Assembly: GCA_010015585.1 (NCBI GenBank)
Contig: ML975152.1
From: Eremomyces bilateralis CBS 781.70
Lineage: Eukaryota
Length of the DNA: 64,000 nt
Reading direction: 5' to 3' (one strand)
Below are positions 1 to 11,802 of this stretch, piece by piece; within the stretch, counting starts at the first letter, position 1; every line of letters starts with the position of its first letter. The notes under the pieces are model-generated. The model was not told where the DNA came from. It saw only the letters and a program-made list of their open reading frames with translations, and searched no databases. Made by a program: the position numbers and the translations under genes.

Positions 1-678
1 GTACGGAGGATCTCGGTTTTTATATCGATTTACATCCTGAGTTCTGATATATAGATGATGGTAGTAAAATTGTACTTTTGGCCTGGGTTGTGGGGCGGTC
101 ATGGGGCACGGATATCCCATAACGGTGTCATTTATACCTACTAGCACGTCAGTGCATTGATTATCAAGTTTACAAGGTAATTACCTATGCTGCCAATCGG
201 GCGTGGAGGATGATGGTTCACTTACTCGACGACGACGAAGGAACACTACTGATTTCAGACGTCAGTTTCGAACTTTCGATGGACACGTTTCCGAAAATCG
301 GATCGAGGAATCCAACTTTTCACCCCGGTAATCGAAACATCTATATCGTATCGATAGAAGACAGTCGCGCCGCTAGAGCGCCCGCCACGTTATCACCTTT
401 TGCGGATAGTATTAATGTCTAGGTTTCGTAACTCAATGTTTCTCTATACCGCAGTTCCCCACCCAACTGGATAACTCGGCACGTCCTGCTGCTGGAACAG
501 CTGGGCACAGACAATGGCCCAGTATATCACAACACCAACCCAGACCAATCCTCTGAGCTAGAATTGGTTGCTATCAGGGTATCAATGGTTTCTCACCTGC
601 TCAGCACGTCGCGGGCGGCGGTAGTTGTAGCTACCCCCGTCGATCATGCCTAAGCGGGATAACGTATAAGATACTATT

Positions 679-688
679 ATGGCATCAT
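679..688. promoter_or_regulatory. Putative CYS3/MetR sulfur-regulator site (ATGGCATCAT)
   Basis: Exact match to the ATGRYRYCAT consensus, ~560 bp upstream of a sulfonate dioxygenase. Related bZIP-type sites lie at 1028-1037 (ATGGTGCAAC) and 1049-1058 (ATTGCGTAAT). Confidence 0.4.
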
Positions 689-1242
689 CAGATTTAAGGT
701 GTCGACAGGGCTGGTGCTGAACGCGTGTCTACTCCACAGTCGGCGCTTGATGGCTGCATGGTTTGCAAGGGTCGCGCGGGGCAGACGGCGTGGGGGAGTG
801 GCGTGATGTGCGTGCATTTCTCCATGCTTGTCCCAGGTCCGCAGCAACTGAAAAGATGATTATAGAATAAGGTATTGGTCAATGGTCGGACCCCACACGC
901 CTGCAACGGCAGTCTAGGGTCGCTTGGCGTGAAGCAGATGCGATGCCTGAACAAGGTCGTGTTTCTACTGCACTGGTTCTCGGTAATGCACTACGCTCTC
1001 CCAACACAGACACCACGAGCGAACTCCATGGTGCAACGCATGACGAGGATTGCGTAATTCTGACTAGAACCCGTTTTAGAATTTACGTGTTGATGAATAG
1101 TTTCATACCGGGTCTCATGAACGTATATAGTCATTGCATGAGAAGGCCACCGATAAGCATTCGCCAGTTCAAGAGAAGCCCTTCAGTCCATTTCAGTCCA
1201 CGAACTACAAGTCTCAAATTGGTGTCTTCAAACTATAGCATT

Positions 1243-2519
1243 ATGTCTCCTTCAGCAACTGTAGATACCGTCCCTGTCGTAGTGCCCATCGCCGAGAAAG
1301 TTCTCCCTGTGCCTCCCAAGGAGCAAGCCCCAGCTGTCCAGCCTGAAGAAGGTACTTATGATGCCGACTCTGTCAGCTGGGTCAGCAACAAAGACTGATA
1401 GTGCTACAGATGGACTCCTAAAGGTCCTGACGGGACACAAGGAGCCATTGAAACTCAGCGGCGCCCTCGACCAGTTCGAGCAGTTCGATGTCACCCCCGT
1501 GATTGGCAAGGAGTTTGCCAACGTCGATCTGGCTGAGTGGTTGCGTGCACCTAACTCTGACGAACTGCTCCGCGACTTGGCCATCACGGGTAAGAGTGCC
1601 AAAAATAAAAGTCTTGAATATTCCCTTGCATAACACAACATCAGTCTCCCAGCGCGGCGTCGTCTTCTTCCGCAAGCAGGACAACATCACCAACGACCTG
1701 CAAAAAGAACTCGTTCAGCGACTCGGCCAACTCACCGGAAAGCCCGCGACGTCAGGGCTACACATTCACCCCATCACCAATGCCTCACGGCCGACAGGAG
1801 GCGACGACCACGAGATTAGCACCATTTCCTCCGTGGGGTTCAAGTCGCTGTACGCCGACCGGTTCAAGAAGCTATCGCAGAGCCAGAAGCGCAATTGGCA
1901 CAGCGACATCACCTTCGAGCCTGTCCCCAGCGACTACGCCCTCCTGAGACTCACGGAGCTCCCCAAAACTGGCGGCGACACCCTCTGGGCCTCGGGGTAC
2001 GAGCTCTACGACCGCATCTCCAAGCCGCTCCAGGGCTTCCTCGACGAGCTCACCTTCTACTCCGCCCAGCCGGACTTTAACAACGCCGCCGCCCGCAACA
2101 ATTTCCCCCTTTACAGCGCCGAGCGCGGCGCCCCCGAGAACTTTGGCGAGGCCCTCGAGGCCATCCACCCCGCCATCCGCACCAACCCCGTCACCGGGTG
2201 GCGGAGCGTCTTCGCCGTCGGCAACCACGTCCAGAGGCTTAATGGGCTCAGCGACGCGGAGTCGAAGTACTTCCTCGACTGGTTCGTCCAGCTGATCGTC
2301 GAGAACCACGACTTGCAGGTCCGTCTGCGCTGGCAAAATCCCAACGATGTCGCCATCTGGGACAACCGTAGCGTCTTCCACGCTGCCACCCCGGATTACA
2401 TCAATAAGGGCCTGGGAGAGCGCTCGGGCTCGCGCTCCGTGAGCTTGGGGGAGAAGCCCTACTTCGATCCTCAGAGCACCAGTCGGCAAGAGGCGCTTGC
2501 TGCTGCTGGGGGGGCTTGA
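1243..2519 (+). CDS. TauD/TfdA family alpha-ketoglutarate-dependent (sulfonate/taurine) dioxygenase, 3 exons
   Basis: ATG 1243 (MSPSATVDT). Introns 1352-1409 and 1590-1644 restore the frame. Motifs: DVTPVIGKEF, SQRGVVFFRKQ, WHSDITFE (HxD), GGDTLWASGY, IHPAIRTNPVTGW, WDNRSVFH. Confidence 0.93.
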
Positions 2520-3469
2520 TTGGAGAACTCATTGGGTATTAGGGCGTGGCATCGGATAGTGGCTACGAGTACAGCCAGATAATTAATGAATTCTGTTTGG
2601 GCTTCGATGAATATCGTAATGTTTTGTAACGTCGGAGCTGCTTGGACGTTCTGGAGACGTTTCCACGTTCTTTCTAGGCGCTAGCTGCACGGCGCCTGGC
2701 GCCTTAGCCGAACCTACCTGCAGGCTGCAGCGATCCTTTGGCGGCACCGCACCAGCCCTCCCGAGTCCCGACCCACTGGCCCATGGTAGCTGGTTCGACA
2801 GCAGCCGGGTTCGGGTACTTAGTAGGCTGGATTCCCGCTCCGTTCTTCGTTCTTCGATTCTTCGATCTCTGTTGTTCGTTGTCGATGTCCGTTCCGTCGA
2901 CTTCTTCTTTTGGCGCTGAAGCTATCGTCGAAACCGCCCGTACCCTTGCAGGGAACGACGGGTCAAGGTACGCCTTCTGATGCCATTCCAATTTCCGTTC
3001 TATCCGACTGTCCATCGGTTCCCGTCTTCCGTGGCACGATCGCGAGGTGTCGCCATCGTCAAGGTCGTCTTGACTCAACACCAGCAACAACCCTGACGGT
3101 CGCCAGGCAATGTGAGCCCGTGTCTGGGCTCGTCTATAGGGCGAGGGCGGCCGGAAGCTCTGATCCTTCTAGCGCACGAGTGCGTGGTAGTGAAGCAACC
3201 GGGCCGTGCTGGTATCGGGACGGATACCCCGAGCGACTGGTTTCGACGGTATACGAAATTTTTAGCGACGAGTGGAGGGTCTAGGCCGAATGGTCGTTGC
3301 GTGAGATTGTAAGGGAGTATCCAGTAGATGCGGCGGTGAGGAAATTTTCGGACCTTGTGAGCTAACCCTACCGACATACGTAGTGTTTACCGCTCTATCC
3401 TCATTTAGCACCATAATTATTAGCAAGTACTATCACTGGGTAAGATTGGTTATAGCTTGTAGAGATATC

Positions 3470-4076
3470 TGTCACGGCCTTGATGGAGATCCTACAAGAC
3501 ACTTCTCTACCGGAGTAACGTCATATATCGTCGTTTAGAAGCTTGTTGATATAGTTATGTCTAGTTCATCATCACATACGGTTGATACAAGATCCCCGGC
3601 AAGACATCTGGCGTCCTGTTGGTCCTTGAAATCCTCTCATTAGAAGAGTCGCTTCCCTTACCAGAGCTCAGATCTGTATACCGAGCGGCTTACCCGATTT
3701 TAAGGGGACCATCTTTCTTCTCAATAATAATGAACTTGACTCTATGTCATGCCAGCCATAGGTCCATACCAAAGGCCCGAAGCTGGACGGTTTGGATCGA
3801 AGACAGGGATCCGAACTGTTCAATGGATTCTATAATATCAACATGCATCATCCAAGAGGTGCAGGAGAATACTAAGAGCTCAGAGTACTGAGGTCAAAGC
3901 ACGGCAAAGACTGGATTGAGAGTCAGGGATCCGACTGATTATCACTGTAGTGCAGTAGTTATCTTTAGCTCTTCTATTGACGCCAGTCGATGTAAACTCC
4001 GTATCAGAGGTAACTACAGACATGTACTAACTTAGTTAGTTATAGTTTAGTTAGTTATTATTCCTAGTACCTGACA
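3470..4076. mobile_element. Possible degenerate LTR-like/transposon relic
   Basis: Begins TGTCACGG and ends CCTGACA, with internal ...AAGACA-type ends and a TpA-rich tail at 4025-4070. No target-site duplication and no coding motif found. Confidence 0.25.
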
Positions 4077-4948
4077 CAGGAAGAAGAGAGGAGCCTAAGT
4101 TGCCTCTCTTCCTTAGCTGATAGCTCTCAATTCAACAGCGGGAAACAATAACGATTGCCAAAACTTAAATGTATTCATGGCTCATATTGGTGGCGGCTTC
4201 CTGGGCAGGGGGCCCGCTCTTGGCGGGGTACAATTCCCCATGAGTTGCCGCATGCCAAAGTGAGAAATGCCATTTCCCCCCAACCGCCCACTAAGTAGAC
4301 GATCTTCCCAGTTCCCAGTGCGCCACCAGCCACCACCGGGCACCACTTTCCTCATCCAATTCTTCATGCTTCGTGCATCAGAATACTGTTGTGAGGTATC
4401 TACTGCTGTCTCCCAGATATCAATCCGTGGCCTCATGCTGCATCTTCAACGTTTATAAACTACTCGTCAAGATTCTCGATCCATACTCCCTAGCCTCCCT
4501 GTCCTAGCTGCCATTGTGTCCATTCCCCTCTACATCGCAAACACCCCACTAGGGATCCACTGAGCCATGACGTATACTGCTACTCTCATGAGCCTCTCCC
4601 ATCGTTCTGCCCTGCTTAAATTCGTTACAACCTCCACCCCCAATTGACACGCGACCAGTTGTCCAAATTTGGCGGGACTACTGACTCAGCAGATACTAGG
4701 GTTCCAACAAACCGCTCTCTGAGGTCTTCGCTCCTCGGCGATCACGTACGAGCAACAAACAACGACGCTGGTGAATCAACGAAATCATCACATTGGTAAC
4801 CTAGCACGCTAGCGAACCGATCAATCGCATTGCCCAGTTTGTCCATTCAACTGGTCACTCGATCGTCACTTACGCTGGGTCTTCTCGATATCAGCAACCC
4901 GGCCCAGTTAATATATATTCAGCTCACTTTCAGCTCCATTTCAGCTCC

Positions 4949-6487
4949 ATGGCCATGGTGTCAGCCAGAATCAACAAAAGACGCCCGAACCTCCTCAATC
5001 GAGCGACGCCAGCTGCCAATCGCCCTGTTTATAATACCATTGAAACCGTACTAGATGGATCAAATATCGGATTCTCCGGAATGGAACCATGCCCCTCGAA
5101 TACCGACAACAATTCGGATTCTGAACGATTAGACGGTCTATTTGATGACGATTCTGGCGCAGCCAACTCGACTGCAGAAGACTCTGGTGTACCCGACTGG
5201 AGTCAATTCAGTGCCCCTGGTGACAGTGCAAACGCCGCGCCGGCGACAACCTTGTCTGGATATGATCCGTCATGGGCCTTTGCGTCCTCGTCTCCAGCAC
5301 AATCGCTACCCCTTGGCCAAGGAACCAGTTCGACGGCGATGAGCCAGGACGATTTCAGTATTCCTTTCTTACCTTCTGGCGCGGTCAACCCTCAATTTGG
5401 TTTACAATCCTACCTCCCTCAGCAACGAGCTGTTGGAGCCCGGCCAGACGTTGGAATGAATTCTACTCCGCCCTCGCAGTCGACACGCGGTCGGGCAAAG
5501 GGATTCCAAGGACACCAGTCCTTACCCAACAACCCTTCAGACGGCGGGCAAGAAAGCGTGTTCCCAAACCCCGAGTTGAAACGAAAAAGCGTCAGCGCCG
5601 TCGCATTCGACTCGGGGATTTCGAACTTCACCACCTCGGCCCCCGGTTCGAACCCTTCTCGGACAAAGTCTTCTGGCAGCACACAGCTCGACACGCAGTC
5701 GTCACAAACCGTATCTCCTACACGGAAAAGTCAACGAGCGACGAAACCCTCTCCCATCCCGGCACTGAATTCGAATCCATTGACCACACCGTCGGCCGCC
5801 TCCTCCTCCTCCCTCACGCCACAGACTGGAAGCTCTGCCTCTCGAACTTCGTCGTACCAGACCACCGACACGCTCCCGATCGGCATATCCCAATCGCCCG
5901 ACGGCAATTCAGAAGCTCGGCTGGGTTCGCAAACCCCGGTCTCGAAACGCGACCATCATCTAGCTCGAAACCGACTCGCGGCCTCTAAATGCCGGCAGCG
6001 AAAGAAAGACTGGGTGGCGCGCCTGGAACAACAATACCGCGATCTATCGGCGCAAAAGGTGGCGCTGAGCGAGACGGTGATGCTGTTGCGAGCGGAGCGC
6101 CTCCAACTGAAACAGCAATGCTTGGAACACCAAGAGTGCGCCTGCGAAGAGATACGGACGTACCTAAAGAAAATGCTGGACAAGCAACTCAGCGTCGCGG
6201 GACTGGGGATGGACGATAGGGATTCCGGCCCGGGTTTGAGAACACGCGCGGGAGCAGCCCCTGCCGCACCGGCGCGGCCGGCCATGATGCTGGGTTCTCG
6301 ACCGATTGCGTCCGTGGATGCGCAGGGGGCGGAAATGGCCGCGGGAGGCAACGCTGGCGTTGATGGCACGACGCTGCAGTTTCCGAGCGCCGGACATGCT
6401 GTTCAAAAGGTGGAGCCTCTGCATCCTGGGCAAGGGACGAATGAGGAAGAGATGGAGGCGTTGCTGCTTGCCGAGATGGGCAAGTGA
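4949..6487 (+). CDS. bZIP transcription factor, ATF/CREB (Atf1/AtfB/Atf21-like) family
   Basis: 512-aa ORF. Basic region KRDHHLARNRLAASKCRQRKKDWV is followed by a leucine zipper and HQECAC; the N-terminus is S/T/P-rich. Start codon uncertain. Confidence 0.85.
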   Translation: MAMVSARINKRRPNLLNRATPAANRPVYNTIETVLDGSNIGFSGMEPCPSNTDNNSDSERLDGLFDDDSGAANSTAEDSGVPDWSQFSAPGDSANAAPATTLSGYDPSWAFASSSPAQSLPLGQGTSSTAMSQDDFSIPFLPSGAVNPQFGLQSYLPQQRAVGARPDVGMNSTPPSQSTRGRAKGFQGHQSLPNNPSDGGQESVFPNPELKRKSVSAVAFDSGISNFTTSAPGSNPSRTKSSGSTQLDTQSSQTVSPTRKSQRATKPSPIPALNSNPLTTPSAASSSSLTPQTGSSASRTSSYQTTDTLPIGISQSPDGNSEARLGSQTPVSKRDHHLARNRLAASKCRQRKKDWVARLEQQYRDLSAQKVALSETVMLLRAERLQLKQQCLEHQECACEEIRTYLKKMLDKQLSVAGLGMDDRDSGPGLRTRAGAAPAAPARPAMMLGSRPIASVDAQGAEMAAGGNAGVDGTTLQFPSAGHAVQKVEPLHPGQGTNEEEMEALLLAEMGK

Positions 6488-8416
6488 ACCGCAGCCGTTG
6501 GGACGACTGCTCGGCGGTCCGGCGGTCATTTGATGGAGCTTTGCTCGCATCGTATTTCTACAAGCCGAAGTGCTTCTGTCCATCTCTTCGCAACAGCTAC
6601 ATGCATGTCTTCGTCGACGTCGTCTTGGACGTTTGAGTATGATGGCCTCCGCTCGCTTGATGACCCCGAGAGGCTGTGCTTCAGCCCGTCGACGGCGTAT
6701 TTTTTCGCGAACAGAGCAACACAGCTCTCCCGGCCTTGACCGCGGCAGTATTTCAACGTGCCAGGGCCGCCATGCCGGCATCGACCTGTATCGGCGAACA
6801 TCACGGTCGTTTGGGACCTCGCCAGCATGAGGAGACGCTCATGGTGGGTCCTGGCTTATTCGAAGCCGATGAGGAAAAGTGGTAGGGGCATAGACGGAGT
6901 GGGAGTTCGAGGAGTTGAGCGTGATTATAAGTTTGAAATTTGACCATGTAATACTATGTATATGGGTTCGGTCTCCCAGGAGGTCGCTGGTATAAATAAA
7001 GACTCCATACTGTACATAGAAACTCCACGGTGGAGTATCAGTCTAGGGACTGAAGCTTTTTTGTCAGACGAGCACCTTGTTCCGATGCGAGCTGACAAAT
7101 CGCGAATGCAGGCGCAATGAGGAGCCAAGGGTACACGTGCAGTATGTAATACTAAGTTTTCGGTGGGGGAGATGGATGTATATATATGTAAATGTTCAAT
7201 GGGTGGGGGAATGGAATGCTGGAATGGTGAAGTTTGGGTTGTTGAGGCTCTGTATCCTCTCAGCTCTGGTCTCTGCATTATTCCCTTAGGCCCATAACCC
7301 ATTCGCCGTTCAGTACTCGCTCAGATTGATTACTAAACTGACCGAATTGATTGATTACGTGGCTAATATCATTCATGCCTTATTGCTAAGGCCTGGCGCA
7401 GCCGCAGCTGGATTGGAAACAACTTGAACTGAAGAAATGTAGAGAACGCAGCGAACTTGGGGGCACACGGGCACAAGGTCACAAGGCATGAACGCTGAAC
7501 GCATGTAATTAGTCAGCCTAGGTAGTTCCCCACATGGGCCTCGCAGAGAGGCCTGACTGGCGTATCTGTATGAATCTCTCTCTCTCACTCTCTCCGATAA
7601 AACGTATCAAATTCGGAATCGCATAACTTATTATGAACAACCACTAGGCTGTACCAACATGGAAGTTGCTAATTATCATTATCTACTGTAATTATATGCC
7701 ACCTGTTCTTCCATCTCTGTTAACTCTGTGGACTTCGTCGTCGTCGCTGTCCCCAGGGCCTGCGCTCTCGTTAACTAGAAGCTCAAAGCTCGACATAGAG
7801 CACCCTTTCACCAGCATCACGGCATCAGACACGTCCTATATCCGATTTCAATGGGACAACAGTAGATTAGCATGTATGTAGACTTCTACATTCTAGGGGG
7901 CTGTTCGGGGAAGTGAGATATAATATCGCAAAGTATAGATAATTCGACACTGCAGAGCAGCCGAGTCTTACGGACAATATTAATAGAAGAAAGTAAAGAT
8001 AAGGAAAGCAAGATCCTCGAGACATCTCCGGGCATTATCTATGTTCTTATACGGCCTATAGTCCTGAAACCATCTATACGAACACTCATTGCCTTCAGCG
8101 TGTGCGATATAGTGTCGTCTTAGGCGATTCCGTCCCTCAAAATCAACCAGAGGAAGTCATGCGGGCGAAAGAGGGTAGAAACAGATATACATATAATCGA
8201 AGGTAGAAGAGTGAATAAAGTAGGGCCGATCACATAGATTCTACTCAGCTCCTCTGCTTAAAATCTATCTCTTTTTTCATCTCTTCCTTATTTCTCCCTT
8301 CTCTACCTTATCGCTTTCCTAACACCTTTGTCGACTCTCTATCAATTAACTACTATCGGTCTAGCATCCTAGTCTATACTGTCGATTGGAGATTCATCGA
8401 AGCGATCCCGCATCGC

Positions 8417-8760
8417 GAGGTTAACGGCGAAAAGCTCGTGCCTATATTCCGGTCCCGCCGAGACTTCGTTCGCGGTTCTGTCGCCTGCCTGTGTACCCAG
8501 TTTCCATTGGTCCTGGCGTATGCTATCACCATCCACAAGAGCCAGGGAGTGACACTTGAAAAGGCAGTTTTGAACATCGCTGATAAGCGGGACTTTGCGC
8601 CGGGATTAACTTATGTAGCTGTCTCGCGTGTTAAGTCGCTCGCTGAAAGGGGTGTTATTTGAAGAATCGTTTGATCTACCGCGATTGCGCATGCAAGTAA
8701 CTGCTACAACTCGAGCCAGGAACGATGATGTCGCTCGCCGCGCATTGCATCATATCGCGT
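8417..8760 (+). mobile_element. PIF1-like helicase C-terminal fragment (Helitron-like transposon relic, frameshifted)
   Basis: TQFPLVLAYAITIHKSQGVTLEKAV...DFAPGLTYVAVSRVKSL are SF1B/PIF1 motifs V-VI. It continues in another frame as KGVLFEESFD. The 5' part is missing. Confidence 0.8.
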
Positions 8761-9374
8761 CCTCCGTACAAACTATATACCGTCTACTCCTCGCGCAGCA
8801 TGGCCAATGTGTCTATACAGGATCCTCAGCAATTCGCGGTCGGTTTCATGCCACCGCCTCTACGACGTGTTCAACTTTCTATCCGATCATCCTCTCCACC
8901 TCGGAGGTCGTCCCCGCCACATGCGAGTGAGATCGATACACCTATAACTGGGTCTAATCCGTCCGGTACTTCAGGTTCCTGAATGGAGATTTGGAGTGCT
9001 TAAAAAAGTTCATGGTTTGCTTAATCGTCACATCGATCAAAAGAACACCTCAATAAGGTTGGTTGTTAGGTGTGACCTAAGTGGGCCAAGTTTGCTATCC
9101 GGTTAGGCGATATTCGCGGATGATCCGCGGTATCCGTGTATCCGTGCCGAGCTCTAGCTAATTTCGGAAGCATGATGGTGTCAAACGCTATGGCTCCGCT
9201 GCAGAGCCTCCTTTTGCCTTCGCACATAATAACCAATGTCGAGGCCCGTCGCTCGATGGATCGTTTCGTCGTGCCCCTTTCTGTTCTCTTCTTTGCTTGG
9301 GCCCTTGCTATTTGGCTGTTCTAGACCGATCTCTATTATCTAGCTGCCTTTGTCAAATTGCCCTTCGCTCTCCT

Positions 9375-9652
9375 ACGGGAGTGCTACCCATACCGAGCAT
9401 GCAGGACAATCTGATCCGTGCGGAAGAGACGTATGACGAAGAACGGTTGTGTCTAGATATGAAAGGTCACGGGAGCATGATTACGGGTACCATGGTCTGG
9501 CGGGACCCGTGGGATTCGAGCGGATGGGAAGTGTCGAGTCATTTGCTTGAGATTGGAGCTGGGTGATTCGGGGTTGCGAAGACCTCTTTCGGTCTACAAA
9601 TTTCTGGCGTGCACAGCGCGGAAGGAGGCCGTTGTTCAAGTTGACTAGCTAA
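9375..9652 (+). pseudogene. DUF3425-domain (bZIP-associated) regulator pseudogene fragment
   Basis: LPIPSMQDNLI..YDEERLCLDM..VWRDPWDSSGWEV, then a frameshift near 9535, then SFA*DWSWVIRGCEDLFRSTNFWRAQRGRRPLF. In-frame TGA at 9548-9550. Confidence 0.75.
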
Positions 9653-10099
9653 TTATGATTCGGGCTGCTACAGTGAGCCAAGTATGACTACTTGATCTGA
9701 AATGAAAGGGTCTGTTGTGCTATGCTCTCATATTACAGTCACAGAGGCTGCAGTGGTCGTCCAATAACAGGAGTGCATGGATTTGAATTGTCTAGAGAGC
9801 CTATCAACGTCAGCCAGGTGCATTAGCTCCTTGTGACGTAAACACCATGCGAGTATCGGTACGGTCCGTAATTAGCTAACTAGGTTTAAACTGCAAGCTC
9901 TCTACTGACTTAGACAGGCCTCAAGAACTAGCGTTAGTTACCGAAAATGACTTCACGCAGTTCCGCCTGCGCCGACGACCAACATAAATAATGAGCTCCA
10001 TGAGCGCGTGCCCGCATTCTCAATTGCTTCAAATCATCAGTGAGCCGGGCCCCATACAATTGCCTTTCAAGTCGCAATCTACATTCAACGAGAGCAATA

Positions 10100-11415
10100 A
10101 TGTCACTTTTCGCACCTGCACCGAAGCCAAAGTGCCTTCTCGGCTACCATCGCGTGCTGGCACCATCGGCCGGCGCCAAAATCTCGCCGCTATGCTTGGG
10201 AACGATGAATTTCGGCGACGCGTGGAAGGAGTTCATGGGCGAGTGCAGCAAAGAGCGATCGTTCGAGGTGCTTGATGCATTTTACGAGCTGGGAGGCAAC
10301 TTCCTTGATACGTGTGTGTGGCTTAAAAGCGCAAGTGGATTAGACTGGCTGACAACCAGACCAGGGCAAATAACTACCAGGATGAGGAGTCAGAGATCTG
10401 GATAGGCGAGTGGATGAAGGCTCGAGGCAATCGAGAGCAGCTAGTGTACGTCGCAATTGGGATGATCATGGAATCTACTAGCTGACTTACATTGCAGACT
10501 TGCTACAAAGTACACGACAGGTTTCCGCAACGCACATCGCGATAGGGAGCCACTGCAGTCTAACTACGTCGGTAACTCAATGAAGAGCATGCGAACTTCA
10601 GTCGAGCACAGCCTCAAGAAGCTTCAAACCGACTACATCGACCTCCTCTATCTCCACTGGTGGGACTTCACCGCCTCCGTTGAAGAGGTCATGCACGGCC
10701 TTAATAACCTCATCACCTCCGGTAAGGTCCTCTATCTCGGTGTCTCTGATACCCCGGCCTGGATCGTCGTGAAGGCGAACGACTACGCTAAAGCCAACGG
10801 CTTGCGACCCTTCTCGGTGTATCAAGGCAAGTGGAACGCTGGGTTCAGGGATATGGAGAGGGAGATCATGCCAATGTGCCGTGACCAAGGTATGGCCATT
10901 TGCCCATGGGCACCACTTGGGGCGGGCAAGTTCAAGTCTGCGGAGGCCCGGAAGTCAGGTGAGAAGGGCAGTACCCGTGGTTCCGAATTATCGGAGAACG
11001 ACACCAAGATCTCGGATGCTCTGGAGTCGATGGGGAAGAAGAAGAATACCAGCCTTCACGCAATCGTAAGCCAATGCCCTTCAATTTCTTCAGTACTTAT
11101 ACTAATCCAGTCTCGCAGGCCCTTGCATACGTGATGCACAAGGCGCCCTACGTCCACCCGATTGTCGGTCAGCGAAGCGTCAAGCATCTGAAGTCCAACA
11201 TCGATGCATTGAGCGTGTCACTGTCTGACGAAGACATCAAGGCTATTGATGGGTCAGTGCCCTTTGATATCGGCTTCCCGATGAGTTTCATCTTCGGAGA
11301 ATACAATTCCACCGCCACCGCCTCTGATGTTCTCCTGACGAGATCGACTGCGCTGATCGATGTACCGCCTAACCCTGCGCCGACGCGGCCACATGACAAG
11401 GATGACATCGCTTGA
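10100..11415 (+). CDS. Aryl-alcohol dehydrogenase / norsolorinic-acid-reductase-like aldo-keto reductase, 4 exons
   Basis: MSLFAPAPKPK..ISPLCLGTMNFG, FLDTANNYQDEESEIWIGEW, LATKYTT, LQTDYIDLLYLHWWD, GKVLYLGVSDTPAW, PIVGQRSVKHL. First intron 10312-10364. Confidence 0.93.
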
Positions 11416-11802
11416 ATTGAGCTAACGTACTGTGGATCGGAGGTTGCAAAACCTCTCCAATGATATCATCTCTTGCCGACCTCTGGTTATCCTGGTCTAT
11501 CGAATAGGAAAGACCGTCTCAGATTGCCTAGTCTACATACATGTCTAGCAGTATTAGGCTCCACGGTCGTTCTCCCCAAACATTCCCACGCACCGCAGCA
11601 ATAGAGCATTCCAGCAGCAACTCTCCAGTCCACGTTTCTCCAGCATTTAAATCGTGGAGTATTGCATTCCAGCGTCGAAGTCCCAACGTTAGCAACAACC
11701 CTCTGGCACATTCGACCTCTTGTGGCGTCATTTCCCCGCCGAAAACCTAAGAGCATCCTATCGTCATTCAAGTTTCTGTCGAAAACCGTCGCAACCTCTC
11801 TT

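Noticed and set aside
2704..3377. Minus-strand ORF fragments that look partly protein-like
   Set aside because: No recognisable family and no coherent splice model; could be a relic but is unsupported.
7902..8024. TGTTCGGGGA...TCCTCGAGACA as a mini solo-LTR
   Set aside because: Imperfect inverted ends and no target-site duplication.
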